A stretch of 64,000 bases of DNA from Ginglymostoma cirratum (Eukaryota), in NCBI GenBank assembly GCA_024137785.1, contig JAHRHZ010000266.1, positions 16,499,098-16,563,097 on the forward strand. The letters are read 5' to 3'. The translations under genes and the position numbers were made by a program. Every line of letters begins with the position of its first letter. Position 1 is the stretch's first letter. Below the pieces are notes generated by a model. It was not told where the DNA came from. It made no database searches and saw nothing but the letters and a program-made list of their open reading frames with translations. This document shows positions 62,410-64,000 of the stretch, one piece after another.

Positions 62410-64000
62410 GAATTTAGTTATAGGATATGATGAAATGGCCGAGGCATTGAACAGGTATTTTGTATCGGTCTTCACAGCGGAGGACACTAATAACATGCCA
62501 GTAATTGACAAAGAGACGAAGGTAGGTGAGGACCTGGAAACAATCATTATTACGGAAGAGGTAGTGTTGGGCAAGCTAATGGAGCTAAGGATTGATAAGT
62601 CTCCTGGCCCTGATGGAATGCATTCCAGGGTACTAAAAGAGATGGCAGGAGAAATAGCAGGTGCGCTGGCGGTAATTTTCCAAAATTTGCTGGACTCTGG
62701 GGCAGTCCCAGCAGATTGGAAAACAGCAAATGTGACGCCACTGTTTAAAAAAGAGGTAGACAAAAGATGGGGAATTATAGACCGGTTAGCTTAACCTCTG
62801 TAGTGGGGAAGATGCTTGAGTCTATTATCAAGGAAGAAATAGCAAGGCATCTCGATAGAAATTGTCCCATTGGGCTGACGCAGCATGGGTTCATGAAGGG
62901 CAGGTCATGCTTGACAAATCTTTTGGAATTCTATGAAGACATTACGAGCAAGGTGGACAATGGGGACCCAGTGGATGTGGTGTACCTGGATTTCCAAAAG
63001 GCCTTCGACAAGGTGCCGCACAAGAGGCTGCTGCATAAGATAAGAATGCATGGTGTTAGGGGTAAAGTATTAGCATGGATAGAGGATTGGTTGACTAACA
63101 GGAAGCAAAGAGTGGGGATAAATGAGTGCGATTCTGGCTGGCAATCAGTGACTAGTGGTATGCCACAGGGATCGGTGTTGGGACTGCAATTATTTACAGT
63201 TTATACAGATGATTTGGAGTTGGGGACCACGTGTAGGGTGTCAAAATTTGCAGATGACACTAAGATGAGTAGCAGAGCAAAGTGTGCAGAGGACTGTGAA
63301 ACCTTACAGAGGAACATAGATACATTGAGTGAGTGGGCAAAGGTCTGGCAGATGGAATACAATGTAAATAAATGTGAAGTCATACATTTCTGTAGGAGTA
63401 ATAGTAAAAAGGATTATTACTTGAATGGTAAAATGTTGCAGCATGCTGCTATGCAGAGGGACCTGGGTGTCCTTGTGCATGAATCACAGAAGGTTGGTCT
63501 GCAGGTACAACAAGTAATTAGGAAGGCAAATGGAATTTTGTCCTTCATTGCTAAAGGGATTGAGTTTAAAAGCAGGGAGGTTATGCTGCAGCTGTACAAG
63601 GTGCTGGTGAGGCCACACCTGGAGTACTGTGTGCAGTTTTGGTCTCCTTATTTGAGAAAAGATGTCCTGGCACTGGAGGGCGTGCAGAGGAGGTTCACTA
63701 GGTTGATTCCGGAGTTAAGGGGGTTGGCTTATGAGGAGAGACTGAGTAGATGGGGATTATATTCATTGGAATTCAGAAGATTGAGGGGGGGATCTTATAG
63801 AAACATATAAAATTATGAAGGGAATAGATAAGATAGAAGTAGAGAGGATGTTTCCACTGGCAGGTGAAGCTAGGACAAGAACACATAGCCTCAAGATTAG
63901 AGGGAGCAGATTTTGGACTGAATTGAGGAGGAACTTCTTCACCCAGAGGGTTGTTAATCTATGGAATTCCTTGCCCAGTGAAGTAGTTGACGCTACATCA
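62410..64000 (+). mobile_element. Young 5'-truncated CR1 LINE, reverse transcriptase region (runs off window end)
   Basis: ORFs 62435-62794 and 62767-63810 read KSPGPDG, NYRPVSLTS, QHGFMKGRSCLTNL, YLDFQKAFDKVPH, GMPQGSVLG and SKFADDTK. Only two frameshifts, at homopolymers (~62755, ~63790). Confidence 0.96.

Overview
Eukaryotic DNA, very probably a shark (elasmobranch), judged from HE1-type tRNA SINEs, CR1/HER-type LINEs and Deu-domain-like SINEs. The window is almost entirely intron of a + strand gene. Its single convincing host exon (32565-32783, 219 nt, phase 1-1) encodes part of the teneurin intracellular domain and matches teneurin-4 (QRRLLGN...ESDTDDEEY..NSYL). Most of the rest is retroelement debris: about 20 CR1 fragments (one with an ORF1 esterase end and intact APE endonuclease, one with a nearly intact RT), two L2/CR1-group LINE relics, SINEs, a truncated tRNA-Asp, a probable Gypsy relic and a Neptune-type Penelope-like element (GIY-YIG) with a ~440-bp inverted repeat. 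The most striking signal is about 15 short dispersed elements in two families. They carry a minimal hammerhead-ribozyme motif (CUGANGA-A-stem II-GAAACGUY) with covarying stem II, 7-14 bp target-site duplications, 5' ends clustered just upstream of the ribozyme, and often a Penelope-style inverted, ~35-nt-extended tail copy. Most listed ORFs are spurious or repeat-derived. All calls are by eye, and boundaries of decayed repeats are approximate.
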